In this document: piece after piece, positions 9,010 to 17,427 of the stretch
Position numbering within the stretch: position 1 is the stretch's first letter
Layout: every line of letters starts with the position of its first letter
The notes under the pieces: generated by a model
The model's database searches: none
What the model saw: only the letters and a program-made list of their open reading frames with translations
Told to the model about the DNA's origin: nothing
UHGV virus genome: UHGV-0210818
Strand: one strand, 5' to 3'
Length of the DNA stretch: 36,538 nt
Source: a virus
Program-made: the position numbers and the translations under genes

Positions 9010-9706
9010 AGATAAAATTATAAGCGAACTCGAATCGGGAATCAAACGTGCTGAATATGTAAATATCAGCTATGTGAATGGCGTAGATGTTGATTTGTTA
9101 AGCAGCTTTCTTGAGCTTATTAAGCGTAAAAATGAAGCTCTTGCATCTGTGAAGCAGGCCAAAAACCTTGCGACGCAGTTCGACGAAACAATATGCGAAA
9201 GCAATGGCAACGATGCAGTCTATTACTATCAGCCGAAGTATTGCGCCCCAACTGCGGTGCGAAGTTTGATGGCGGTAATGAAAATGCGTGAAATATTATT
9301 TCGTGGAAAAAGAATCGACGACGATGAAGGTGGATGGGTTGAGGGGTATTATGCGAGCCAATCCAATTATTCTTGTACTAATAGGAAAACCATTCATTTC
9401 ATTCTCCGAGATGAATGCCGTGATATAGGCATGGGTGGGTTGGAATATTACGAGGTTGACCCTGAAACAGTGGGACAGTACACAGGGCTAACCGATAAGA
9501 ACAGAACTAAAATTTTTGAGTGGGATATAGTGAAATGTACTGACGACACAGGCATCGAAAACATTTTCATAATCATGTGGGACAGTCGTAGAGCTATGTT
9601 TTACTTAGATTCTCCAACCTTTACAACAGATTTTTATTATTACTCTGCGGATGAATTTGAAGTCATCGGCAACATTCACGATAACCCCGAACTTTTGGAG
9701 GTCTGA
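8999..9706 (+). CDS. YopX family protein (true start probably 9284), fused in frame to a damaged upstream gene
   Basis: MREILFRGK..., VDPETVGQYTGLTDKN, EVIGNIHDNPELLE are YopX hallmarks. Confidence 0.85.
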   Translation: MMTEDKIISELESGIKRAEYVNISYVNGVDVDLLSSFLELIKRKNEALASVKQAKNLATQFDETICESNGNDAVYYYQPKYCAPTAVRSLMAVMKMREILFRGKRIDDDEGGWVEGYYASQSNYSCTNRKTIHFILRDECRDIGMGGLEYYEVDPETVGQYTGLTDKNRTKIFEWDIVKCTDDTGIENIFIIMWDSRRAMFYLDSPTFTTDFYYYSADEFEVIGNIHDNPELLEV

Positions 9707-9708
9707 CA

Positions 9709-10020
9709 ATGAGTAAAAATCAATACGGAATGCAAAAGCCTGTTCAGAACGTGTTGCAACAGTGCATAAACGGATTCGAGCGCATGGAAAAAGGCGGCAT
9801 TGGTGTAGCGGACAGATGTGTAAAGCAGGCATGTGAAATGGCACTAAAATATATCAACGAACTTGAAGCAAGGTCAAAAGATCTTGCGGAAGTTGTCCGT
9901 TGCAAAGATTGTTATTATTACGACCGACAGGAAGATTACTGCAATATGTTTTACTTTGACCCACCAAGTGATGAATTTTATTGTCGTGACGGCGAAAGAA
10001 AGGATAGTGAAAATGAATGA
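9709..10020 (+). CDS. Hypothetical Cys-rich protein
   Basis: EVVRCKDC...C...FYC..GERK motif common in Firmicute phages; GGAGG RBS. Confidence 0.75.
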   Translation: MSKNQYGMQKPVQNVLQQCINGFERMEKGGIGVADRCVKQACEMALKYINELEARSKDLAEVVRCKDCYYYDRQEDYCNMFYFDPPSDEFYCRDGERKDSENE

Positions 10021-10048
10021 TATCAAACGCAAATAGGAGGTGATCCCG

Positions 10049-10279
10049 ATGCCTAAAGACACACTTTGCTGGTCATGCAGCAAGTCGTTTAAAGACCACG
10101 GCTGCTGCTTCTTCGACAGTTTCACGCCTGTGCCGGGCTGGGTGGCTGAGCCTAAGGTAAGACATGACTGCGGCAAGGAGTACACTTGCTATACGGTCGT
10201 TGCATGCCCGCTTTACGAAAAGTGGGATAGAGAGGTTTTACATAAGCAGGAGGAGGAAATCAACGATGATTTCGGATGA
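10049..10279 (+). CDS. Small Cys-rich hypothetical protein
   Basis: TLCWSC..C..PVPGW..Y.V..CP; AGGAGGTG RBS before ATG 10049. Confidence 0.75.
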   Translation: MPKDTLCWSCSKSFKDHGCCFFDSFTPVPGWVAEPKVRHDCGKEYTCYTVVACPLYEKWDREVLHKQEEEINDDFG

Positions 10280-10673
10280 CATCAAGCGGCTTAAAAGGCT
10301 TAAGCGCAACCTGATCCCCGAAAAGCAGGAAGACTGCGCCCGCTTTCTGAGACTTGCGGAAGGCGGTGCGATATCTTACGACAGGGTCGGCAGTTCGGGG
10401 AGCGATGAAAACAGGCAGGCACAGAAAAACGATGAATATGTCGCAGCGTGTGAAGAGCTTGAAGAGCTTAAAGCCGAGTGCACGGCTCTGGTGTATCATC
10501 TTACAGCTGAGATTAACAGCGTGTTTGCAGATGATGACGAAAAAAGGCGCATCGCAAAGCTGCACTATGTGGACGGCGTTACGCTTAACGCTATCGCAAG
10601 CAAGCATATGCACTATTCATACGGGTGCGTTAAAAATAAAAATGCAGAAATCGCAGCGTATTTAAATCTGTGA
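10266..10673 (+). CDS. ArpU/RinA-like late transcription activator
   Basis: AISYD...GS, R.I..LHYVDG.TLNAIA..MHYSY (sigma-r4-like HTH); last gene before terS. Confidence 0.8.
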   Translation: MISDDIKRLKRLKRNLIPEKQEDCARFLRLAEGGAISYDRVGSSGSDENRQAQKNDEYVAACEELEELKAECTALVYHLTAEINSVFADDDEKRRIAKLHYVDGVTLNAIASKHMHYSYGCVKNKNAEIAAYLNL

Positions 10674-10740
10674 CCTAAAATGACTTAAAATGACCTAATT
10701 GTACCGAGCGAAATATTACATCATATGATATGATTATACT
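10671..10740 (+). promoter_or_regulatory. Late promoter: three 10-bp direct repeats plus extended -10
   Basis: TGACCTAAAA TGACTTAAAA TGACCTAATT (10671-10700); TGaTATGAT (10726-10734); no consensus -35. Confidence 0.7.
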
Positions 10741-10862
10741 AGCGAAGATTGAATAGGAACACCGCCGACGGGTTTTCTTTTTCCATAAATTCTCCTCCCT
10801 GTCGGCTGTTCCGCTTCGCTTTCGATTGATTTTCAGCGTCCTGACAGGGGCGCTTTTCTTTT
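10741..10862 (+). ncRNA. Putative structured small RNA or late leader with anti-SD loop and terminator
   Basis: Nested helices AGCGAAG/CTTCGCT, GGAACA/TGTTCC, GCCGACGGG/CCTGTCGGC; terminator AGCGTCC..GGGCGCT+TTTCTTTT at 10835-10862. Confidence 0.6.
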
Positions 10863-10889
10863 ACTTAAAATTTCGGTAGGTGGTGACCT

Positions 10890-11318
10890 GTGAATGATAA
10901 AAATCTGATCCCGAATTCGGAGCGAACTCCCGAAGAGCTCCGAGAGATAACACGCAAGGGCGGCAAGGCTTCGGGCGAGGCGAGACGCCGAAAGCGTGAT
11001 ATGAAGCAGAAGATGAAGGCTCTGCTTGAACTGCCTGCTGCTGCGAATGACCAAGAACAGCTTGAAGCTCTCGGCGTGGATCCTGCCGATAGAGATAACG
11101 AGATGGTGCTTGTTATGGCGATGTTTTTAAATGCGGCTCAGGGCGACACTAAGGCGTTTGATCGGGTAATGCAGATACTCGGCAAGGACATCGGGCATGA
11201 GGAGCTTGCACTTAAAAAGCAGGAGCTTAAGTGCAGGCAAAAGGCTGCGTCCGAGGAGGATAATGCGGCGATTTCCAAGCTTGACGAGGTGCTTGGCAAG
11301 ATCGAGGGGGGCTTCTGA
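10890..11318 (+). CDS. terS: Terminase small subunit
   Basis: NLIP..ERTPEE.REI.RKGGKASGEARRRKR N-terminus; directly upstream of terL. Confidence 0.8.
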   Translation: MNDKNLIPNSERTPEELREITRKGGKASGEARRRKRDMKQKMKALLELPAAANDQEQLEALGVDPADRDNEMVLVMAMFLNAAQGDTKAFDRVMQILGKDIGHEELALKKQELKCRQKAASEEDNAAISKLDEVLGKIEGGF

Positions 11319-12565
11319 TGTTTACGTCAATGCAGCAGGAATATTTTCGGAATGCTACGCACCGATGGAACGTCAAGACGGGTGCGACACGTTCGGGAAA
11401 GACGTATATGGACTATTATGCTATTCCTAAGCGCATTCGCAATGTGGCGGGCAAGGACGGAGCTGTGCTGCTTCTGGGGCATACTCAGGGCACGCTGCTC
11501 CGAAACGTCATATACCCATTGCAGGAGCTGTGGGGTGATGAGCTTGTAAAGCCTATCCGCACAACTGACAACACGGCTATGCTCTTCGGGGAACGGTGCT
11601 ACTGCCTCGGAGCGGACAAGAGGACGTCTGTTGACAAGATACGAGGCATGTCCGTCAAATACTGCTATGGCGATGAGGTCGTGACGTGGAGCGAGGCGGT
11701 TTTCGATATGCTCAAATCCCGACTTGACAAGCCTTACAGCTGTTTTGACGGCACCTGCAATCCCGAGGGGCGGCAGCACTGGTTCAAAAAATTTCTCGAC
11801 AGCGATGCGGATATTTACTGTCAGAAATACACGCTTGATGACAATTCGACGCTTGATCCTAATTTCGTAAATGCATTAAAAACCGAGTATGCGGGGACTG
11901 TGTATTATGACCGATATATCCTTGGTGAGTGGGTCAATGCGGAGGGTGTTATATATCGCAGATTTAACGACAGACCGCAGGATTTTATCATTGATGGGCT
12001 TGACGGGCTGGATATCGTGTATGCCACAATCGGGGTCGATTTCGGCGGCGGTCGGTCGGCTCATGCGTTTAACTGCACGGCATTTACAAGAGGTCTCAGG
12101 GAGATGATAACCGTGCATGATTATCGGCGCAAAGATGCGGCGACGCCTGAGCAGTTATATGATGATTTTGCGGGATTTATTGCCGAGTGCAGGCTTATAC
12201 TCGGCAATGTACCTGTTGTTGATGTTTACTGCGACAGTGCGGAGCAGACGCTTATTGCGGGGCTGCGCATTGAGGCGGCTAAGAGGCGGCTGGGCGTTGA
12301 GATACATAATGCCCGAAAAAATCCCATAAACGACCGCATACGCTTTTACACAGCGATGATGGGTGCGGGGCGTTACAAGATACTCAGGAGCTGCAATGCG
12401 ACAATTGATGCGCTGTCGGAGGCGATGTGGGACAGCAAGGTACTGACGGCTGATGTAAGGCTTGACGATGGCACGACAAACATCGACAATCTCGATGCGC
12501 AGGAGTACAGCACAGAGCCGTTTATGCGGGATATGATGCAGAGGAGGTTAGGACTTGATATATAA
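11318..12565 (+). CDS. terL: Terminase large subunit, PBSX family
   Basis: GATRSGKT, YGDE, GTCNP..HWFK, RYILGEW..AEG, GVDFG, YCDSAE. Confidence 0.93.
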   Translation: MFTSMQQEYFRNATHRWNVKTGATRSGKTYMDYYAIPKRIRNVAGKDGAVLLLGHTQGTLLRNVIYPLQELWGDELVKPIRTTDNTAMLFGERCYCLGADKRTSVDKIRGMSVKYCYGDEVVTWSEAVFDMLKSRLDKPYSCFDGTCNPEGRQHWFKKFLDSDADIYCQKYTLDDNSTLDPNFVNALKTEYAGTVYYDRYILGEWVNAEGVIYRRFNDRPQDFIIDGLDGLDIVYATIGVDFGGGRSAHAFNCTAFTRGLREMITVHDYRRKDAATPEQLYDDFAGFIAECRLILGNVPVVDVYCDSAEQTLIAGLRIEAAKRRLGVEIHNARKNPINDRIRFYTAMMGAGRYKILRSCNATIDALSEAMWDSKVLTADVRLDDGTTNIDNLDAQEYSTEPFMRDMMQRRLGLDI

Positions 12566-13994
12566 ACTTGCGGGAGAGGCGTTTCCCGATATAAAGATCC
12601 CCGAGCTGACTGCTTTTTACGAGGAGCTTGAAAAGTGGTCGGATATATTCGAGGGGCGTCCGAAGTGGCACAAGGTCAAGCGTTCGGGCGGTCTTGTGAG
12701 AGGCACTGAGCGCATGATCAGCATGCTCAACACGGGCAAGATATTATGCGATGAATTCGGTCACAAATGCTTTGCGGAACAGGTCGATATCACCTGCGGG
12801 AATGATGCTTATGACAAATATCTTGCGGATTTTCTTGACCGTGAAGGCTTCTGGAAAACTGTTCCGCAGCTTATATCGAAAGCTTTTGCACACGGCGGGT
12901 GCGCTCTGAGGGAGTACATCGAGGACGGTGCGGTTCGGCTCGGTTACTGCGAGGCAAGGCAGTTTATTCCGCTGAGGTGGGACAACAAAGGCATTACGGA
13001 GTGCATATTTGCGTCCCGTGAGATCGTCGGCAGAAATTATTACACGCTGTTTGAGCGGCATTATTCCGAGGGCGGCGTTATAAAGACGGAGATGCGGCTG
13101 TTTCGGTCGGGCGATAAGAATGCACTCGGCGATCGGGTGCCTGTTTCGGAGATATATCCCGACATGGCGGACAATGCCGCATATCCTGTAAGCATGCCGC
13201 TGTTTCAGTATTTCAAGCCTGATATCACGAACAGCATTGAAGAGCTTGTCGGCAATGTTCCGCTTGGACAGTCATGCTTTGAGACGTGTGCGGATACGCT
13301 GCGCGCGCTTGATGTGGCGTTTGACAGCTTTGCGAGGGAATTTATCCTCGGCAAGAAGAGGATAATCGTGCCGTCGTCCTGTGTGCAGACTATTATTGAT
13401 CCCGAAACGGGTGAGACAAAGCGGTATTTCGATGCCGATGACGAGGCATTTCAGGCTCTCAAATGCGATGAGGACAAAGACCTGCATATCCAGGACAACA
13501 CTATGGAGCTGCGTATACAGGAGCATGTTGACGGCATAAATGCGCTGCTCAATGTGCTGTGCTTCCAGGTTGGATTATCAGCCGGGTCGCTGTCGTTTGA
13601 CCGTGCTCAGGGGGTAAAAACTGCGACGGAGATAATCTCCGAGGAGAGCAAAACGGCGCAGACTATCCGGTGCAATAAAAATCTGCTTATCGAGTTTATC
13701 GGGGGCATGTGCGACAGTGTGCTTGCTCTTGCCATGGAGACGGGCGAGGTGCCAAGGGGCGATTATGAGCTTTCGGTATCATTCCGTGACGGCATTGTTG
13801 TTGATGATAACACGCTTATCGACAACAACATCAAGCTTGTATCGGCGGGGCTTAAATCTAAGATATCCGCTATTATGGAGGTTCTCAAATGCGATGAGGA
13901 GACGGCTCGGCAGGAGTATGAAAAGATCATTTCCGAAAGCAGGGTTTCGGCGGGTATGACTGATCTGCTGGCGTTGAATGACAAGGAGGAATAA
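12555..13994 (+). CDS. Portal protein (A118/SPP1 Gp6-like)
   Basis: TTG start with GAGGAGG; PLGQS, EFILGKKRIIVP, KTATEIISE; follows terL. Confidence 0.9.
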   Translation: MIYKLAGEAFPDIKIPELTAFYEELEKWSDIFEGRPKWHKVKRSGGLVRGTERMISMLNTGKILCDEFGHKCFAEQVDITCGNDAYDKYLADFLDREGFWKTVPQLISKAFAHGGCALREYIEDGAVRLGYCEARQFIPLRWDNKGITECIFASREIVGRNYYTLFERHYSEGGVIKTEMRLFRSGDKNALGDRVPVSEIYPDMADNAAYPVSMPLFQYFKPDITNSIEELVGNVPLGQSCFETCADTLRALDVAFDSFAREFILGKKRIIVPSSCVQTIIDPETGETKRYFDADDEAFQALKCDEDKDLHIQDNTMELRIQEHVDGINALLNVLCFQVGLSAGSLSFDRAQGVKTATEIISEESKTAQTIRCNKNLLIEFIGGMCDSVLALAMETGEVPRGDYELSVSFRDGIVVDDNTLIDNNIKLVSAGLKSKISAIMEVLKCDEETARQEYEKIISESRVSAGMTDLLALNDKEE

Positions 13995-13997
13995 CCC

Positions 13998-15965
13998 ATG
14001 ACCGAAGCCGAGAAGATCGCATTATCCGAGCCGCTTGCGGAGATATTCATGAGCATGGAGGACGATCTTCTGCGGGCGATCGCCAAGCAGATATCCGAGG
14101 GCGGCGAGATAAATGCGTCCTCGGAATGGCGGCTGCTGAAGCTTGCGCAGGAAGGTGCATTGACTGCTGAGGCTGTGAGGATAATCACGAAATATCTCGG
14201 AAGTCAGGACGAGGAGCTGACGAGGGTGATAGCTGCGGCGGCTCTTGGTGTTATCGACACGCTTGAACCTGCGTTTCAGCAATGTGCGCTTGACGGGTTT
14301 GTTTCCGATGCATCGGAGATACCGATGTCAGCGATGTCCGCAAAGATCATAAGCACATACCGAAAGCAGGCGGCGACTGATCTTAACCTTGTGAACACGG
14401 TCATGATGTACAAGACGGGCAGCAGATACAAGGAGCTTGTCAACAGGATCTATGACGAGGCGAACAGGCAGGATTATCTGAACATTCTCGGCAAGCACAC
14501 GGCATCGGTCGTAACGGGTGCGGAGGCTCGGCAGAAGGCTGTGAGCAGCTGCATCAGGGAGTTTGCGGATAAGGGAATTCCCGCTTTTGTGGATAAGGCT
14601 GGGCGGGAATGGTCACCCGAAGCTTACATAAACATGGATATTCGGACGACTGTATCAAACACGGCGAATGCGGCTCAGGACGCTGTATGTGACAAATACG
14701 GCGTTGATCTGATCGAGGTATCATCACATATGGGAGCACGTCCGAAATGTGCGCCTTATCAGGGCAAGATATTCAGCAGGAGCAATCAGAGCGGCATTGC
14801 GCATGACGGAAACGGTCGGGAGATACGGTATGAGCCGTTATCAAGCACGTCTTACGGTCAGCCTGACGGGCTGTTCGGGATAAACTGTCGGCATCAGAAA
14901 TATCCGTTTGTTGACGGAGTGAATTTTCAGACGTATTTCCCGTATGATGAAGCCGAGAATGCGAAGAGGTACAAGGAATTCCAGACGCAGAGAGCTATGG
15001 AGCGTGATATCCGCAAGAAGAAGCGGGAATGCATGATGCTTGAGGAAACGGGAGATACCGAGGCTTTGAAGGCTGCGAGGGCTGATCTGAGGCAGTCCAA
15101 GAAGGCGTATAATGCTTACTCCGATGAGCATGGGCTGAGGACGAGGGAGGACAGGCTTAGGGTTGAGAGGAGTTCGGGTAAGGGTGCTGCGGATCAGAGC
15201 TCGGCTAAGCCTGTTCTTCCCGGCGGTTCGGGCGGTCATGCTGTTGAGATCGGTGTTTGGGGTTCTGATAATGGCGGGAATGGGAAGATTTATCGGGATA
15301 CGGGATTGACAAGCGGCGGCGGGAATGATATAATGAAAATGGGTAAGGTCAGTGAAGCGTATAAACAGGCTGCGCCTGATTTTTCAAAATATGTTGTGTC
15401 TGACGATGCTTCAAGCGTTGATTCCGTACGAAAGTTTCTTTCTTCCGAATTTGATCTTCCCGAAAGCGACTTTGATTTCTCGAATATCAGAAATGTAGAG
15501 GTTCTTCAACCGTTTGCTGAAAGACTGGTTAAAATTAAAAATGAAACAGGATTCAGCATTTCAAAAATTATGGCTTCTGATATAATTGACGGCGATGAAT
15601 GCTGCATTGCAAGTTATAAGCCCTATGAGAACATCATGTATGTTTCAAGCCGATATTTTAACAGCAAAGAAGCTTTAGCCGATACGCTAAAGGATTGGGC
15701 GAATAAGGGTGTAATGCCAAAGCAATGCCGCACGATCCAATACATTGCGGAGCATGAAGCGGCGCATGCAAGAATACCCGATGAATTGATAAAAAGCGAT
15801 GAAGCTGTGAAGATTTGGAGAAAAAGAAAATTAGATTCGGATAATGACGCCGACATTGATGAGTATTATGCTGATTCGGTTGCAATTTACAGAACTACAT
15901 CAAAATATGATACCAACATTCAAAAAGCAATTGATTACTTGATAAAAGGAGGGGTAAAAATATGA
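13998..15965 (+). CDS. Minor capsid protein (Phage_min_cap2 / MuF-like) with C-terminal HExxH metallopeptidase-like extension
   Basis: GREWSPEAY..M.IRT, VSSHMGARPKCAPYQGK, GLFGINCRH, QRAMER.IRK.KR; HEAAH at 15753-15767 followed by EYYAD. Confidence 0.88.
   Translation: MTEAEKIALSEPLAEIFMSMEDDLLRAIAKQISEGGEINASSEWRLLKLAQEGALTAEAVRIITKYLGSQDEELTRVIAAAALGVIDTLEPAFQQCALDGFVSDASEIPMSAMSAKIISTYRKQAATDLNLVNTVMMYKTGSRYKELVNRIYDEANRQDYLNILGKHTASVVTGAEARQKAVSSCIREFADKGIPAFVDKAGREWSPEAYINMDIRTTVSNTANAAQDAVCDKYGVDLIEVSSHMGARPKCAPYQGKIFSRSNQSGIAHDGNGREIRYEPLSSTSYGQPDGLFGINCRHQKYPFVDGVNFQTYFPYDEAENAKRYKEFQTQRAMERDIRKKKRECMMLEETGDTEALKAARADLRQSKKAYNAYSDEHGLRTREDRLRVERSSGKGAADQSSAKPVLPGGSGGHAVEIGVWGSDNGGNGKIYRDTGLTSGGGNDIMKMGKVSEAYKQAAPDFSKYVVSDDASSVDSVRKFLSSEFDLPESDFDFSNIRNVEVLQPFAERLVKIKNETGFSISKIMASDIIDGDECCIASYKPYENIMYVSSRYFNSKEALADTLKDWANKGVMPKQCRTIQYIAEHEAAHARIPDELIKSDEAVKIWRKRKLDSDNDADIDEYYADSVAIYRTTSKYDTNIQKAIDYLIKGGVKI
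15306..15334 (+). promoter_or_regulatory. Intragenic sigma-A promoter TTGACA-N17-TATAAT with extended TG
   Basis: TTGACA 15306-15311, TG 15326-15327, TATAAT 15329-15334, in-frame ATG at 15339. Confidence 0.8.
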
Positions 15966-16153
15966 TTGGAAAACTTAAATGCATGCGTTGTGAAAATTAT
16001 ATCAGTGGGCGACCAAGAGACTTATCTATAAAATGCAAGGCTTTCCCTGATGGCATTCCTGAAATGAAAATCGCCTTCATTACCCGTGACCCTTGTATCA
16101 ACTGTAACAACGGGATAGGTTTTGAACCTGAGAAAAAAGAAAATAAAGATTGA
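15962..16153 (+). CDS. Small Cys-rich protein; candidate immunity partner
   Basis: CMRC..CKAFPDGIP..C..CNNGIGFEP; ATGA overlap with the toxin-like domain. Confidence 0.7.
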   Translation: MIGKLKCMRCENYISGRPRDLSIKCKAFPDGIPEMKIAFITRDPCINCNNGIGFEPEKKENKD

Positions 16154-16204
16154 CCGCTTTGAAAAATCAAGGCGGTTAGTTTATACCCGAAAGGAAGTGG
16201 TATT

Positions 16205-16519
16205 TTGAATAATTTCACCGTCATTTACAAGATACTCAAAGCCCTTGAACAGTCAATGGACTATGAGGAATTTGACAGCGGGCTTATTTCTCCCGAAGCA
16301 CTTGGAATAACAAAAGAGCGCAGGGATAAACTTCTCGTTGAAATGCAGAATGAAGGGTATATCAGCGGTGTTTATGTAAAGCAGTATATAAGGGGCGGTT
16401 CCATCGTGAAATCAGATCGACCCGAAATCACAATAAAAGGGCTTGAATATTTGTCCGAAAACTCTATGATGAAAAAGGCTGCAAACCTTCTCAAAGGTGT
16501 TGCGGAAATAATATCTTGA
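16205..16519 (+). CDS. YjcQ-like winged-helix protein
   Basis: NF.VIYKIL..LE..MD.EE, EGYI.G, ITIKGLEYL.ENSMMKKA. Confidence 0.8.
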   Translation: MNNFTVIYKILKALEQSMDYEEFDSGLISPEALGITKERRDKLLVEMQNEGYISGVYVKQYIRGGSIVKSDRPEITIKGLEYLSENSMMKKAANLLKGVAEIIS

Positions 16520-16716
16520 CCGCCCTTGAATAAGGCGGTTTTTCTATTCGACAGTACGGCAGAATTTAGTCTGCAACACTCGAGTATTTTTATAACCGTC
16601 AACTGCCGCTGATAGGTGGTTTTTTATATCCAAGTGAAGAAGAAATAAGCGTTCCGTTCTCCAACTGTTGGAGGACTGAGCGCTATTTTTATGTCAAAGT
16701 GAAAGGAGCAACCACA

Positions 16717-16917
16717 ATGAATTTTATCAAAGTGCCTGACGCAAAGAACAACCCTATGCTTATAAACCTTGAAGAAGTGGCATATATCAAAACCAACAAT
16801 AACGGCGATGCTTGGATCGGAATGCGTAACGGTGCAGCGGTCGTTACACTGGACACGCCTGAAGAAATATACGAAATCCTGTGCGGCGAAGGAGGTAACC
16901 ACAATGAACACAAATGA
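16717..16917 (+). CDS. Small protein with FlbD-like pattern
   Basis: FIKV....P.LINLEEV.YI......I.MRNG......TPEEI; AAGGAG RBS. Confidence 0.6.
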   Translation: MNFIKVPDAKNNPMLINLEEVAYIKTNNNGDAWIGMRNGAAVVTLDTPEEIYEILCGEGGNHNEHK

Positions 16918-17239
16918 TTTCAACGCTATAATCCGTGAGCAGATAGAGAGGTGTGAAAACACGCTCTGTCAGAAAGCTGAGGAATATGCAACCGAGGACA
17001 GGTTACATAATTTCAAGGTTGCAGGTTCTATTCAGAACTGCCTGCCGACTACGGCTCTTGCGGGTATGATGTGCAAGCATACGGTGTCTGTGTATGACAT
17101 GATACGGGGGCTTGAAAGCGGCGAGGAATATCCGCTCGATATGTGGGACGAGAAGATCGGGGACAGCATAAACTATCTTCTGTTGCTTTCGGCTCTTGTC
17201 AGAGAAAGAAACTCGTTGTGCTGCTTCTCGGGAGACTGA
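16904..17239 (+). CDS. DUF1599-like (nucleotide-modification-associated) helical protein
   Basis: K..EYA.EDRLHNFK, KH, EKIGDSINYL; GGAGGT RBS. Confidence 0.65.
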   Translation: MNTNDFNAIIREQIERCENTLCQKAEEYATEDRLHNFKVAGSIQNCLPTTALAGMMCKHTVSVYDMIRGLESGEEYPLDMWDEKIGDSINYLLLLSALVRERNSLCCFSGD

Positions 17240-17330
17240 GGGACAACAACACACGCGAGCGTTAAGATTTCAACAGCTAACACGCACGTGTGTTGAAATG
17301 CGTTATCGTGAGTTTTCAAAATATAAAATC

Positions 17331-17352
17331 AGCGGCTTCGGCTGCTTTTTTT
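17331..17352 (+). terminator. Intrinsic terminator with UUCG loop
   Basis: AGCGGC-TTCG-GCTGCT followed by a T run. Confidence 0.7.
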
Positions 17353-17427
17353 ATGCCCGAAACGTGCTTACGGCGTTAAACTGAGGACGGAATAAACAGC
17401 CGACAGGCTATAAACGGAGGTAATCAC

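Noticed and set aside
10013..10036. 7-codon ORF MNDIKRK
   Set aside because: Too short to support; at most a remnant or translational coupler.
13321..13348. Internal promoter in the portal gene
   Set aside because: TTGACA with TATCCT at a 16-nt spacer, and no linked start or terminator; likely chance.
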